A stretch of DNA of 53,675 nt from a virus (taxonomy: Duplodnaviria > Caudoviricetes), in the IMG/VR virus record IMGVR_UViG_3300009180_000052, positions 1-53,675 of that record. One strand, given 5' to 3'. Position 1 is the first letter of the stretch; every line of letters begins with the position of its first letter. Below are positions 1 through 9,736 of this stretch, one piece after another. The translations under genes were made by a program, and so were the position numbers. Below the pieces are notes generated by a model. It ran no database searches and was not told the origin of the DNA. It saw only the letters and a list, made by a program, of their open reading frames with translations.

Positions 1-3000
1 ATACCCATCTGCATAAGACATTACAGATGCTAATACTGAACTTGCAGCACCACTATTGTTTGCAGTTATTATACCACCTGCAGTTACACTACTAGAGAAT
101 GTAGCAGCACCTGTGGATGCTATGGTAAGAGCAGTAGTTGGGTTTGCACCATTGCCAATGCCAAATGTTATTTGACCATCAGTTAATCCAATTACCGAAC
201 TTCCATATCCTACATAATCTCTTGCAGTACCATTCCAATTGAATGATAATATTGAAGCATCTCCACTTGTTGGGACTCCAAATCTATGCTTTGCACCATT
301 CCAACCCGAAGGTGTCAATGAATAAGTTAAATTTGTTCCTGTACCTGTTGAAATATCTAATGCACCTGTTAAAGTTCCACCTGTTAATGGTAGGTAACCA
401 CTTAACGCACTTCCATAATTAGGAATATTCAATGTTGCACCTACCAATGTTGCAGCACCTGAAGTGCCTGTTGTTGTAAGACTAAGGGTGGCTTGTTTAT
501 TATTAAATGTACTCCAATCCGCACTTGATAATGCACCTCTATTTGTTGCACTTGCAGTTGGTACATTTAAAGTAATTACAGGAGTTGTAGTACTTGTTGC
601 AACTGTTGAACTTAAATCCGTTCCACTTGTTCCTATTGTTAAAGCAGCAACACTTGTAACTGTTCCTACACCACTACCACCTACTAATGCTATTGTTCCA
701 CTTGCATCAGGGAATGTAAATGTTCTATTAGCTGTTAATGTTGCTGAATTTAATAAAATAATATTAGTAGTACCAAAACTTATACCTAAAGCAGTATTTA
801 CTGCAAATAATGAAGTATAACCTGTACCCGTAAATCCTGCACTTGAATATTGTTTAAATTCTAATGCAATACCTGTAGCACCATTATCCGTAATAATATT
901 GTTAGTAAATGTCTTTGAACCTCCTATTGTTTGAGAGCCTGCTGTTATTAAACCTCTATTTGTAGATGATGCAGATGGTATATTTAAAGTTATAACAGGA
1001 GTTGTTGTACTATTAGCAACAGTACTTGTTACATCCGTTCCACTTGTTCCTATTGTTAAAGCAGCTACGCTTGTAACCGTTCCCACACCCGAACCGCCAA
1101 CTAAAGCCAATGTACCACTTGTATCAGGAAAAGTGTAAGTTCTATTTGCACTTAATGAAGAACCTGATAATATAGCTACTTTTGTACTGCCACCAAAATA
1201 TATACTTAAAGAATCAGTTGCTATTGATGTTAATGAAATATATCCAACCCCACTTATCGATGCAGATGTTGCAATTTCAATATTTAATGAATTAGCAGTG
1301 GTACTTGATTTATTAACTATTATACCTTTATTATATTGTAAATTAGAAGTTAAATTATAAACACCTAAATCAACATTTGCTGTAGCCCCTGTATATGGCA
1401 CGTAGCCTGTTAAAGCAGAACCATAATTAGGGATATTCAAAGTAGCACCTACTAAAGTTGCTGCTCCTGAAGTGCCTGTTGTTGTTAATGTTAAGGCGTT
1501 TTGTTTATTATTAAATGTTGTAAAATCAGTAAATGATACCCAACCACTAACAGTAGTTGATGCTTGATTAATATTAAAAACACCTGTTGTGTTATTATAT
1601 AATAATGGACCAATAACTGATAAAGAAGTTAAAGCAATATAGTTAGAACCATTTGTTATTTGGTTGTTGTTTGTGGGGATTGTTATAACACCTGTTGCAG
1701 AGTTGTAAGCACCGATACCTGCTGCAAATGATAAGGCTAATCTTGACCTTGTATCAGTATAATATAAATTTGTGACTCCTTCAGAAATATTGTCAGTAGT
1801 TAAACTAACAGCACCTGTCTGTCCGTTCACACTTATAACAGAATCTGTGTTATCAACCTTCTGCCATACGCCACCATTAAATATAGCCCAATCCCCCACT
1901 TGCCAATCAGTAATTCCATTAAGGTTTGTATTACCCGCAACTGAAACAATGTAGTAATATCCTTGCGTACCAACTGAACTTGTTAATGTAGGCGTGTTGG
2001 TAGATGCGTTCCACGTTCCTTGATATATTGACCCACCAATAAGTCCATTAATTTGATTCTGTAACTTACCAAATGCTGTAAGCATTGTGTCAGTAGCAAG
2101 CACTGTTCCTCCTGTGATATTAACACCGGTAAGAATCTTAGCTGTTACTGATGCGTTGTTTAATGTTACTGCTGTCGCTCCCGGACCCGTGCCCGTAGCC
2201 TCACCCGTAAGAGAGGTAATATAACTTCCCGCTGCTTGTTTATTATTAAAAGTAGTCCAATCAGTTGAACTTAAATATCCTGCCTGACTACCACTTGACT
2301 GTTGAATTGTAAGGTTTGGCGTAGACCCACCGCTTGAAAATAAAGGAGACGTAGCTGTAACTCCACCTACCTTAGTATTAAATGTGGACCAATCAGCAGC
2401 ACTTAAAGCACCACGATTAGCAGCACTTGCTGTAGGTACGTTTAATGTAATTACAGGAGTTGTTGTTCCTGTAGCTACAGATGAACTTAAATCAGTCCCT
2501 GTCGTTCCTAATGTTAATGCAGCTACCGATGTAACTGTACCAACACTCCAACTTCTATCTGCACTTAAGTCATAAGCAGTACCATTGATAGTCAATTGTC
2601 TACTTGTAGGTACATATCCACTTAAAGCAGACCCGTAATCAGGAATATTTAAAGTATTTGAAATTAATGTAGCTGCACCACTTGAACCCGTAGTTGTAAG
2701 AGTTATTGTTGCCTGCTTATTATTAAATGTATTCCAATCTGTTGAAGAAAGGTATCCATTAGTTGATGCTCCTGATTGACTAATGGTAAAGACACCCGTA
2801 GTGTTATTATATGACAATGGAGCCGTAGCACTAAGTGAACCCAATACAATATATGCACTTGAGTCAACACTACCATCAGCTTTTAAAAATTGACCTGATG
2901 TTCCGCCATTTTTAATTAAAGAAGCAGCCGTTAAATTATATATCCCTAAGTCAACATTCTGAGTTGCTCCCGTATAAGGCACGTATCCTGTTAAAGATGG

Positions 3001-5124
3001 AAATGTTTGAAGTGCTCCCGTTCCATCAATATATTGAAGTGTATTCCCCGACCCTGTAATAGCGATTGTGCCATTTGAAGTCAATGGTGAGTTTGCAACA
3101 CTAAACGCTGATGGCATACTTACCCCAACTGATGTTAGTCCCGTATCAATATCAGACCAACTTGCAGTAATTGTGCCACCATCTTGTTGGTTAAGTGTTA
3201 ATGTCTTTGTTGCTGTACCCGTAACTGCAGCACTTACAATTGAATCATTGTATGCTGTATTCCAATTAGCTGAGTTGTCAGTAATATATGAAATAACACC
3301 GGCAACAGATTTAACTAAACCCGTGCCGCCTAAAAATGGTTGCTTACCATTAAATGTGTTCCAATCAGTACTACTTAAATAACCATCTTGAGTAGTATTT
3401 GCTACTTGAATAGCAAATGCTCCTGTAGTATTGTTATAAGTTAACGGAGATGTCGCACTCAATGATACTAATGTAATATATCCTGCTCCATTTAATATCT
3501 GACTATTGTCAGTTGGTATTGTAATTACCCCTGTTGTACCATTGTACGCTCCTGAGCCTGCCGCAAATGAAAGTGCCGCTCTTGCTCTTGAGTCTAAGTA
3601 ATATAAATTTGTTGCTCCTTCCGGTATGTTGTCAGTCGTAAGACTTACCGCTCCAACTTGTCCATTGACAGAAGTAACTAAGTCTGTATTGTCTACTTTG
3701 TTCCACGTAGAGCCATTAAATATTGCCCAATCACCTACCTGCCAATCAGTAATACCATTTAAGTTAGTATTTCCTGCTACATCTACAATATAATAATATC
3801 CTTGCGTACCTACACTACTTACTAAAGCAGGTGTGTTAGTAGCTGCATTCCATACGCCTTGGAATTGAACACCGCCAATTAATCCATTGATTTGATTTTG
3901 TACTTTACCAAAAGCTGTTAAAATACTATCCGAAGAAGTTATTGCACTTCCTGTTATGCTTAATCCTGTTAAAAGTTTTCCTATTACAGCAGCATTACTA
4001 AGTATAACTGATGCTGCTCCCGGACCCGCACCTGTAGCTTCGCCTGTTAACGAAGTGATATAGTTGCCTGCCGGTTGCTTACTGTTAAATGTCAACCAAT
4101 CAGTACTTGATAGGTATCCATCTAAGCTACTGCTTGATTGTTGTATTGATATGTCAGGATTAACGCCTCCTGTTGAAGACAATGGAGTTGTCGCTGTAAC
4201 AGATGAAACACCTGTAGCAAGCGTCCAAGACCTATCTGCTGCTAAATTATAAGTAACACCATTAATCGTAAGCGTCCTTGTTAGTGGTACACCACCAAGC
4301 CCTGACAATGTATAGTTAGGAACATTAATTGTAGCCCCAACAAGAGTTGACGCTCCACTATTTCCCGTTGTTGTTAAACTTATAGCAGTTTGCTTGCCAT
4401 CAAATGTTATCCAATCAGCACTTGATAAATATCCATTCTGAGAAGCATTTGCTTGCTGAATACTAAATACGCCTGTGCCTGAGTTGTATAACAAAGGTGA
4501 CGTAGCACTATAAACAGGTAAATTTATCCATCTAACTCCCGTTACATTTGAAGATAATACCTGATTATTTGTTCCAACTGAACTTAGTCCATCTCTCAAC
4601 GTCCCAAGCAAAGTAAGGCTTGTAGAAATAGTAGATGTTAATAAAGCTGCGTTGTTAGCACTTAAGTTACCTGTTAATATTATATTATTTACAGCCGTAT
4701 TGCCCGATGTCAAAACTTGTTGTAAGTCAGGTATAACCGTTGGAATAGTGTACCACTCTACTTGAGTTCCGGTGCTTCTTAATATCTGACCGGCTGTTCC
4801 TACTGAGTTTAATCTATCGTATAAACCACCGGTAATATGAGTATCACCTGTTAAAAAACTATCTAAAATAGTTGCAGTATCTGTTACCTCAAGATATGTT
4901 GTAAATATTGTGCCATTCAAGATAATATCCTGAGTTGCGGTATTGCCAAAGTCCAATACTCCTTGTAATGTATTTCCCGGAATATTAGGGATGAACAAAT
5001 TCAATAACTCACTTAACGTAAAGTTGTATGTTATATCCTCGGGGTCTCCGCCCACGCTTGTACCTACTAACTTATCAGCTAATTTGGGTACAGGGACAAC
5101 TTCGTATATACTAATCTTTGACAT
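1..5124 (-). CDS. Long repetitive tail fibre/adhesin protein, partial (C-terminus beyond window start), at least 1708 aa
   Basis: Not in the ORF track. ATG at 5124 (MSKISIYEVVPVPKLADKLVGTS...); the same frame is still open at base 1 (checked at both ends and in several internal stretches). T/S/G/A/N-rich with recurring 'GYLSSTDWxTFNxKQ', 'VTSVNGQxGAV' and 'WNAxTNTP' fibre motifs. Confidence 0.85.
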   Translation of the reverse strand, partial: MSKISIYEVVPVPKLADKLVGTSVGGDPEDITYNFTLSELLNLFIPNIPGNTLQGVLDFGNTATQDIILNGTIFTTYLEVTDTATILDSFLTGDTHITGGLYDRLNSVGTAGQILRSTGTQVEWYTIPTVIPDLQQVLTSGNTAVNNIILTGNLSANNAALLTSTISTSLTLLGTLRDGLSSVGTNNQVLSSNVTGVRWINLPVYSATSPLLYNSGTGVFSIQQANASQNGYLSSADWITFDGKQTAISLTTTGNSGASTLVGATINVPNYTLSGLGGVPLTRTLTINGVTYNLAADRSWTLATGVSSVTATTPLSSTGGVNPDISIQQSSSSLDGYLSSTDWLTFNSKQPAGNYITSLTGEATGAGPGAASVILSNAAVIGKLLTGLSITGSAITSSDSILTAFGKVQNQINGLIGGVQFQGVWNAATNTPALVSSVGTQGYYYIVDVAGNTNLNGITDWQVGDWAIFNGSTWNKVDNTDLVTSVNGQVGAVSLTTDNIPEGATNLYYLDSRARAALSFAAGSGAYNGTTGVITIPTDNSQILNGAGYITLVSLSATSPLTYNNTTGAFAIQVANTTQDGYLSSTDWNTFNGKQPFLGGTGLVKSVAGVISYITDNSANWNTAYNDSIVSAAVTGTATKTLTLNQQDGGTITASWSDIDTGLTSVGVSMPSAFSVANSPLTSNGTIAITGSGNTLQYIDGTGALQTFPSLTGYVPYTGATQNVDLGIYNLTAASLIKNGGTSGQFLKADGSVDSSAYIVLGSLSATAPLSYNNTTGVFTISQSGASTNGYLSSTDWNTFNNKQATITLTTTGSSGAATLISNTLNIPDYGSALSGYVPTSRQLTINGTAYDLSADRSWSVGTVTSVAALTLGTTGTDLSSSVATGTTTPVITLNVPTASAANRGALSAADWSTFNTKVGGVTATSPLFSSGGSTPNLTIQQSSGSQAGYLSSTDWTTFNNKQAAGSYITSLTGEATGTGPGATAVTLNNASVTAKILTGVNITGGTVLATDTMLTAFGKLQNQINGLIGGSIYQGTWNASTNTPTLTSSVGTQGYYYIVSVAGNTNLNGITDWQVGDWAIFNGGVWQKVDNTDSVISVNGQTGAVSLTTDNISEGVTNLYYTDTRSRLALSFAAGIGAYNSATGVITIPTNNNQITNGSNYIALTSLSVIGPLLYNNTTGVFNINQASTTVSGWVSFTDFTTFNNKQNALTLTTTGTSGAATLVGATLNIPNYGSALTGYVPYTGATANVDLGVYNLTSNLQYNKGIIVNKSSTTANSLNIEIATSASISGVGYISLTSIATDSLSIYFGGSTKVAILSGSSLSANRTYTFPDTSGTLALVGGSGVGTVTSVAALTIGTSGTDVTSTVANSTTTPVITLNIPSASSTNRGLITAGSQTIGGSKTFTNNIITDNGATGIALEFKQYSSAGFTGTGYTSLFAVNTALGISFGTTNIILLNSATLTANRTFTFPDASGTIALVGGSGVGTVTSVAALTIGTSGTDLSSTVATSTTTPVITLNVPTASATNRGALSSADWSTFNNKQATLSLTTTGTSGAATLVGATLNIPNYGSALSGYLPLTGGTLTGALDISTGTGTNLTYSLTPSGWNGAKHRFGVPTSGDASILSFNWNGTARDYVGYGSSVIGLTDGQITFGIGNGANPTTALTIASTGAATFSSSVTAGGIITANNSGAASSVLASVMSYADGY
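1570..4130 (-). repeat. Internal duplication (~700 bp units at ~1570-2290 and ~3420-4130) in the fibre gene
   Basis: Both units encode near-identical peptides (AFGK.QNQINGLIGG..QG.WNA.TNTP.L.SSVGTQGYYYIV.VAGNTNLNGITDWQVGDWAIFNG..W.KVDNTD.V.SVNGQ.GAVSLTTDNI.EG.TNLYY.D.R.R.ALSFAAG.GAYN..TGVITIPT). Confidence 0.85.
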
Positions 5125-5137
5125 CCGCTATAAAATT

Positions 5138-5407
5138 TTAAACGTGAACTATCTTCAAAGCATCTCCTGTTCTGTAAATTTGTCCTACTGCCAAACCTCC
5201 GGCAACAGCAGCAGCATTATCTGCATAAATTGGGACACTTCCTATTATAATAGTTGAAGCACTAAAATTTGCGGAAAATAAATTTAATAGCTGCTGTAAC
5301 GTAAAATTATAAGTGACATCCGCAGGAACACCATCAATGCTTGTTCCTACAAGTTTGTCTGTTAGTTTTGGTACCGCAACAACACTATATGAATTAATTT
5401 TACTCAT
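5138..5407 (-). CDS. Short fibre-like protein, paralogous to the N-terminus of the long fibre
   Basis: First ~45 aa match the long fibre N-terminus (MSKI..Y.VV.VPKL.DKLVGTS..G.P.D.TYNFTL..LLNLF). C-terminal YADNAAAVAGGLAVGQIYRTG resembles fibre-type motifs. Confidence 0.7.
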   Translation of the reverse strand: MSKINSYSVVAVPKLTDKLVGTSIDGVPADVTYNFTLQQLLNLFSANFSASTIIIGSVPIYADNAAAVAGGLAVGQIYRTGDALKIVHV

Positions 5408-5642
5408 TTTTTTCTTGTTCTTTTTGGGTTACTTCGCCCGTTTGCATATTAATTACTGAATCAGCACCATACTTCTCAATAAGAATCTTCTCATTGTTGG
5501 TAAAGGCTTCAACAATACTATGTGCTTGTTTGATTAACCCTTGTTTTTGTAATTCAAGTTCACCAAGACCTATTTTAATCTTAGTGTACTCTGCTGAACC
5601 TGTCTTAATAAAGTCTAATTCTTCTGCTGTTAAATTTGCCAT
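5400..5642 (-). CDS. Small coiled-coil hypothetical protein (possible fibre chaperone)
   Basis: 80-aa ORF preceded by an (AAATC)n leader and a TATATTTG element. Confidence 0.6.
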   Translation of the reverse strand: MANLTAEELDFIKTGSAEYTKIKIGLGELELQKQGLIKQAHSIVEAFTNNEKILIEKYGADSVINMQTGEVTQKEQEKNE

Positions 5643-5665
5643 TTGATTTGATTTTTTAATTTATA

Positions 5666-5673
5666 CAAATATA
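5666..5673 (-). promoter_or_regulatory. Bacteroidota-type -7 promoter element (TATATTTG)
   Basis: Matches TAnnTTTG; intergenic, ~25 nt upstream of the 80-aa ORF. Confidence 0.55.
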
Positions 5674-5687
5674 GTAAATAAAAATTA

Positions 5688-6143
5688 TCATTTTAGGAGA
5701 TACTTTCTGCCAAACCATATCCCTATTGGAATCAAAAGCAACCACAAAAACACAAAATAGTTTGCTTTTTTGTCGACCTTCTTCTCAAAACCTTTAGCCT
5801 TAATGTCCTTCTTGACGGAAATGGTATTCTCAGACGACTTAGATACAGTAGATTTTGAAGAATCTACTATGTGTCTTCGTGTTTTCTTAAGCCTAACTGT
5901 CGCATTGAAGTACTGCTTACCATCAATTACTAATGGCTTAGCTGTATCAATAGGGACTATCTCAATCTCATCAATGTCCTCTTTAATAGAAATAGCGTTC
6001 TGCTGTACAGAAACGCTATCCTTTTTTTCGACAGCCGTGCTGTCAATATGTGTCTCTACTTGTGTCTTGGTAACCATTACCTTCCTTGAGGCACAAGAGA
6101 ATAGTAAGAAACTAAGTAATATTAGTATAAGATGTTTTACCAT
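5688..6143 (-). CDS. Lipoprotein with C-terminal TM helix; candidate unimolecular spanin
   Basis: Signal peptide with lipobox LFSC, C-terminal hydrophobic segment (YFVFLWLLLIPIGIWF); overlaps the end of the endolysin gene. Confidence 0.6.
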   Translation of the reverse strand: MVKHLILILLSFLLFSCASRKVMVTKTQVETHIDSTAVEKKDSVSVQQNAISIKEDIDEIEIVPIDTAKPLVIDGKQYFNATVRLKKTRRHIVDSSKSTVSKSSENTISVKKDIKAKGFEKKVDKKANYFVFLWLLLIPIGIWFGRKYLLK

Positions 6144-6576
6144 TTGATTTGATTGCTTTTAAAATTTGACCCCTGTTTTTACCTTCACTATAAGAAACGT
6201 GAACCCAATCAGGATTCTCTTCACTACCAAACTCCCAAATTAATTGGTCAAACTCCAAGTTATTTTTGATATATTCAAAGACCATCTTGTTAGTTACTCC
6301 ATTTGGAGTGCCATCCATATCAATGTCAATTGCTTGACCTTTGCAGTGCTGAGATGTAGCTGACCCACCAATACACTTATTAAGTTCAGTAGACCTGTAT
6401 CCACTTGAAATGTGAATTGGGCATCTAAAATTTGCTCTAATAGGCTCGAAAACCTTCTCTGCTAATTCCTTAAAATTTGCAATATGCTCATCTGTAGGCA
6501 TATTACTAATACCATTACGTTTTGCTGATTCGCTTCTGATTAACTCAGACAAATCTAAATGTTCGCTGATTTTCAT
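6112..6576 (-). CDS. Endolysin, peptidase M15A-like Zn peptidase
   Basis: SSGYRS, SQHCKGQAIDID and WVHVSY motifs typical of Peptidase_M15_3. Confidence 0.85.
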   Translation of the reverse strand: MKISEHLDLSELIRSESAKRNGISNMPTDEHIANFKELAEKVFEPIRANFRCPIHISSGYRSTELNKCIGGSATSQHCKGQAIDIDMDGTPNGVTNKMVFEYIKNNLEFDQLIWEFGSEENPDWVHVSYSEGKNRGQILKAIKSNGKTSYTNIT

Positions 6577-6842
6577 TATTCTTCTTTTTTAGTATCTGTT
6601 CCTTTAAATCCTTTTACAAGGGTTGTTACTGACTCAATGGTTGTAAGACCTAATGCCACAGCACTAAGTGCAAACGTTGCCCATACAAGTGAATCTGCCG
6701 GAGCAAAATTACCTGTAGTCTTTGAGTTGTCATACAAAGTATAAAATAGTACAAACGCACCAATTATACCTACTAATCTCTTGCTTGATGTTCCGCTTTC
6801 TGAGGAAAAAAATCCTGAAAGCCATACAAAAATCTTTTTCAT
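6576..6842 (-). CDS. Probable holin (two TM helices)
   Basis: SSKR motif followed by two hydrophobic segments and a charged C-terminus; directly upstream of the endolysin. Confidence 0.6.
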   Translation of the reverse strand: MKKIFVWLSGFFSSESGTSSKRLVGIIGAFVLFYTLYDNSKTTGNFAPADSLVWATFALSAVALGLTTIESVTTLVKGFKGTDTKKEE

Positions 6843-7199
6843 TTATTCGTTATTTGTAGTGTCAACTTTAGTCTTACCCCAAAAACTCTTCTTCTCTTTA
6901 ATCTGAATAGTGTCGTGTATGTATATTGTATCTATTCTAACTTTTATTCCACTAATCTCACTAATCTCGTTTTTAAGGTCTTTAACTTCTTCCTTTAATG
7001 TTACAATTTTATTAATTGTTTGAGAAACAATTCTTTTTTCTTTAGCCTCAGCTTTGGAATGTACTTTTTTAAAAGTGCTTTGATTTTGTTTTGCATTATC
7101 AATTAGTTTATTAAACTCAGCATCTTTCTGCTGCTCAGCATTTTGTTGTTGAGCGGTTAAAGTACAACCTGTTAAAAAAAGAAAAATTAAGTATCTCAT
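6843..7199 (-). CDS. Coiled-coil lipoprotein/secreted protein (lysis-associated?)
   Basis: Short hydrophobic N-terminus with LTGC followed by a coiled coil. Confidence 0.5.
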   Translation of the reverse strand: MRYLIFLFLTGCTLTAQQQNAEQQKDAEFNKLIDNAKQNQSTFKKVHSKAEAKEKRIVSQTINKIVTLKEEVKDLKNEISEISGIKVRIDTIYIHDTIQIKEKKSFWGKTKVDTTNNE

Positions 7200-7492
7200 T
7201 ACTTAATGTTTTGAATTTTACCTAATTGCTCTAACGTGCTCAATTTTGACGTAGCTGCTGCTAATGACGAGTCAGTCCTTCTAAGTGTAATTTGCATTAT
7301 CTCAACCTTACCCTCTAACTTCTCTACCTTTACATTTTGAGATACTATTTGCTCTTTAAAAGTAGACTTAACGTCTATGTATAGGTACGATATTGCTATC
7401 AATACCAAGAATAACGTAGCTACAATTGGATTTTTCGCAAATGTTTTGAAGTCCATTATACTCGTTACAGGATTTAGGTTTTTAACTGCCAT
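7199..7492 (-). CDS. Membrane-anchored coiled-coil protein (i-spanin-like?)
   Basis: One TM segment followed by a coiled coil, within the lysis cluster. Confidence 0.5.
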   Translation of the reverse strand: MAVKNLNPVTSIMDFKTFAKNPIVATLFLVLIAISYLYIDVKSTFKEQIVSQNVKVEKLEGKVEIMQITLRRTDSSLAAATSKLSTLEQLGKIQNIK

Positions 7493-7503
7493 AGTTGTAT
7501 TAT

Positions 7504-7635
7504 TTATCGTCCTTGACCTCTATATTGTTTCTTATAAAGTTTACTTGTCTTGGTCTTGCTCGTTTGTGTCTTTGCCGCAAGTCCCCTTTTTTTTGGCTTG
7601 CTAATATAAGCATTGCCACTTGTTGCTTTTGCCAT
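7504..7635 (-). CDS. Small basic protein (43 aa)
   Basis: Read manually: MAKATSGNAYISKPKKRG...KLYKKQYRGQGR; fills the gap between neighbours. Confidence 0.65.
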   Translation of the reverse strand: MAKATSGNAYISKPKKRGLAAKTQTSKTKTSKLYKKQYRGQGR

Positions 7636-7637
7636 TC

Positions 7638-8216
7638 CTAATTCTTTTTAAAATTTGGTACAACTGTTCCTACAGGATAAGTTGCTCCTAATGGTGCCTG
7701 CGTAACAGACGTCATTCCGGGAATCACTCTAACTGCTTTATCTAATGGAAATGCTGACTCATTAATAGGACCCTCACACTCTGCAAGCGTTACGCCATTT
7801 ACTTTCTTAGGTAATATCTTACAAGGCATACACCACATATTACTCATTCCACCACCCGGTTCATTTGTTACAACAAAAGTACGGTTTTGTGTAGGTGCGG
7901 TTTTCCAACTTGGTGCTTGAACTACTGAGTCGTAATACCAAAACAATGACCATACAGTTTTTGCTGTTCCGTCAGGAGTAATAGTTGGATTGCTAATCAA
8001 ATATGTATTTACAACAGAAGGACCATCTAATACAGGACAAGTTGCAATTCCTTTTAAGAATTTCTTGCCAAGCACAACTATAGAGTCTTTTGTTGCCTGC
8101 GTTGCACTTGCTCCACAATAAGCAAACTTACCAACTACAATTGCTAATCCTTTTTCTTGAGCAAATCCAATAGTTGTTAAACCTAATAAGAATAATATCC
8201 CAAGTAATTTTTTCAT
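7638..8216 (-). CDS. Secreted Cys-containing hypothetical protein
   Basis: Signal peptide MKKLLGILFLLGLTTIGFA; several Cys residues. Confidence 0.6.
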   Translation of the reverse strand: MKKLLGILFLLGLTTIGFAQEKGLAIVVGKFAYCGASATQATKDSIVVLGKKFLKGIATCPVLDGPSVVNTYLISNPTITPDGTAKTVWSLFWYYDSVVQAPSWKTAPTQNRTFVVTNEPGGGMSNMWCMPCKILPKKVNGVTLAECEGPINESAFPLDKAVRVIPGMTSVTQAPLGATYPVGTVVPNFKKN

Positions 8217-8221
8217 TGCAT

Positions 8222-8515
8222 TTATTTTTTAACTATAAATTCAGTAATAACTTTTAATGCTCCGAGTCCAACCAATGTAACCAATGCATAGAAGTAAGAC
8301 TTATATCTTTTTAGTTCTGTCTTTACATCAGATAACTGCTTCTTTACTTCTTTAAACTCACTTATTAAACCATTTGAATCTTTGTCAATGGGATTGCCGG
8401 CTAAAAGTGTATAGACATCTTTAAGCATAGCTTTCATCTCAGCCATATTGCCCTTAATGGACTCTAATTCGTCTGCCATAATATCAAGTCTGCTATTTTC
8501 TTGGTTGCTCATCAT
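8222..8515 (-). CDS. Coiled-coil protein with C-terminal TM
   Basis: ORF track; hydrophobic C-terminus. Confidence 0.55.
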   Translation of the reverse strand: MMSNQENSRLDIMADELESIKGNMAEMKAMLKDVYTLLAGNPIDKDSNGLISEFKEVKKQLSDVKTELKRYKSYFYALVTLVGLGALKVITEFIVKK

Positions 8516-8525
8516 AGTAGTTGAA

Positions 8526-9011
8526 TTACCAAAGTGCGTTAATAAGAGTTGCTGTAGTACCTGTTGCTTTAACTTTTAAAACTTGTACAGGTAAAACTGT
8601 TCCAATTGGAGTAGCGTTAAATGTAACATCATCACCACCAATAGTAGTAACTGCAACATTACCTGCACCACCAATAAATAAGAAAGCACCCGTATTACCA
8701 AGACCTGTTTGAGGTGATTGTTGGTAAATTCTGAATGTTTGACCTCCTGTTGGAAAAATGTTGGCATTTAAGGTAAGTTGAGTTTGACTATCAACAGTTA
8801 CTACTGTTGCTGCTGTTGATGCAGAAATATTATAAACAACATCACCTGTTTTTACATTGTCAAAAATAAAATCACCTGTAACGGTAATTAATTTATTTGT
8901 TACAACACTTGTATTAGCACCTGTATGTATAAGATACGGAGAAGGTACTACTGCGTTATCCGAAGGAATAACCGCCAATGCTCTTGAAAAAGTTGTTTTA
9001 AAAACTGACAT
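8526..9011 (-). CDS. Probable virion structural protein (beta-rich)
   Basis: T/V/G-rich; 'LFIGGAGNVAV...GTVLPVQV.KV.ATGTTA' phage structural-type motif. Confidence 0.6.
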   Translation of the reverse strand: MSVFKTTFSRALAVIPSDNAVVPSPYLIHTGANTSVVTNKLITVTGDFIFDNVKTGDVVYNISASTAATVVTVDSQTQLTLNANIFPTGGQTFRIYQQSPQTGLGNTGAFLFIGGAGNVAVTTIGGDDVTFNATPIGTVLPVQVLKVKATGTTATLINALW

Positions 9012-9016
9012 ATTTT

Positions 9017-9190
9017 TTATTTTTTATCTTGATAAGGAAATGCTCTATTTAATGCGTCTCTTCTTGCCTTGCATCCACAATCTTTTCCTGTAACCTTAGT
9101 TATAGCTTCAGCAACTTTTTTAATTCCTGTTATAGTTGTAATTTTCTCAATTGTGTCTCCAAGACCTTTGCTTTTATTTTGTTGCTCCAT
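9017..9190 (-). CDS. Phage hypothetical protein (SKGLGDT...DCGC motif)
   Basis: Start revised to MEQQNKSKGLGDT, which follows an AAATC-type leader. Confidence 0.65.
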   Translation of the reverse strand: MEQQNKSKGLGDTIEKITTITGIKKVAEAITKVTGKDCGCKARRDALNRAFPYQDKK

Positions 9191-9200
9191 TTGATTAGAT

Positions 9201-9491
9201 TTAATATTTGCCTTTACGACCTTTAGGATTACTTGTTGTTGAACCACCCGGTCCTGCCCATAAGTTTTTGCAAGCCCAATACCTTGGAGTTAATTTATCT
9301 GTAGCTGTATCGCAACTATGTCTTGCTTTAAAACTTTTGCGAGCAGCAGCAGAGTAATTATTCCCATATCCCTTTGCTCCAAAGTGGAGGAGTTTCTCCT
9401 CCCCATTGGAACAGGCTTTAACCATCTTCTTTTTCCCCGGTCTATCCGAAGCAGTAGGACGGTTACATTGCATTTTTGACTTATCAGCCAT
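9201..9491 (-). CDS. Small basic phage protein (RKSFKARH.C...YWAC motif)
   Basis: ORF track; K/R-rich, motif seen in aquatic phage late genes. Confidence 0.65.
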   Translation of the reverse strand: MADKSKMQCNRPTASDRPGKKKMVKACSNGEEKLLHFGAKGYGNNYSAAARKSFKARHSCDTATDKLTPRYWACKNLWAGPGGSTTSNPKGRKGKY

Positions 9492-9532
9492 ATCTTAACA
9501 GTTTCTGATTCTGTATGCTACGCACACAGAAA

Positions 9533-9715
9533 TTAGTTTCTAAAGTCTCTTCTTGAATGTCCCGGGTCTTGACGTTTGTCTTTTTCTTTTATCTCAGGAA
9601 TAACATATTCATCCTTTGGGGCTTTCGCCTTAGGAATTTCTGCTAATACCTCTTCAGAAATTTCAAGGTTGTCTTGAATAATTTCATCTTTTGATTTTTT
9701 TAATCCGTTTGCCAT
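9533..9715 (-). CDS. Hypothetical protein
   Basis: 60-aa ORF in the tightly packed minus-strand cluster. Confidence 0.55.
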   Translation of the reverse strand: MANGLKKSKDEIIQDNLEISEEVLAEIPKAKAPKDEYVIPEIKEKDKRQDPGHSRRDFRN

Positions 9716-9736
9716 AACTTTTTTTTTAAAAATTAA

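Noticed and set aside
1-5124. Fibre repeats as a diversity-generating retroelement TR/VR pair
   Set aside because: Repeats are in-frame protein modules, differences are not adenine-specific, and no reverse transcriptase is present in the window.
464-5257. Plus-strand ORFs in the track over the fibre gene, and similar short antisense ORFs over groEL, primase, the giant protein and capsid genes
   Set aside because: Shadow ORFs on the opposite strand of long, well-supported genes.
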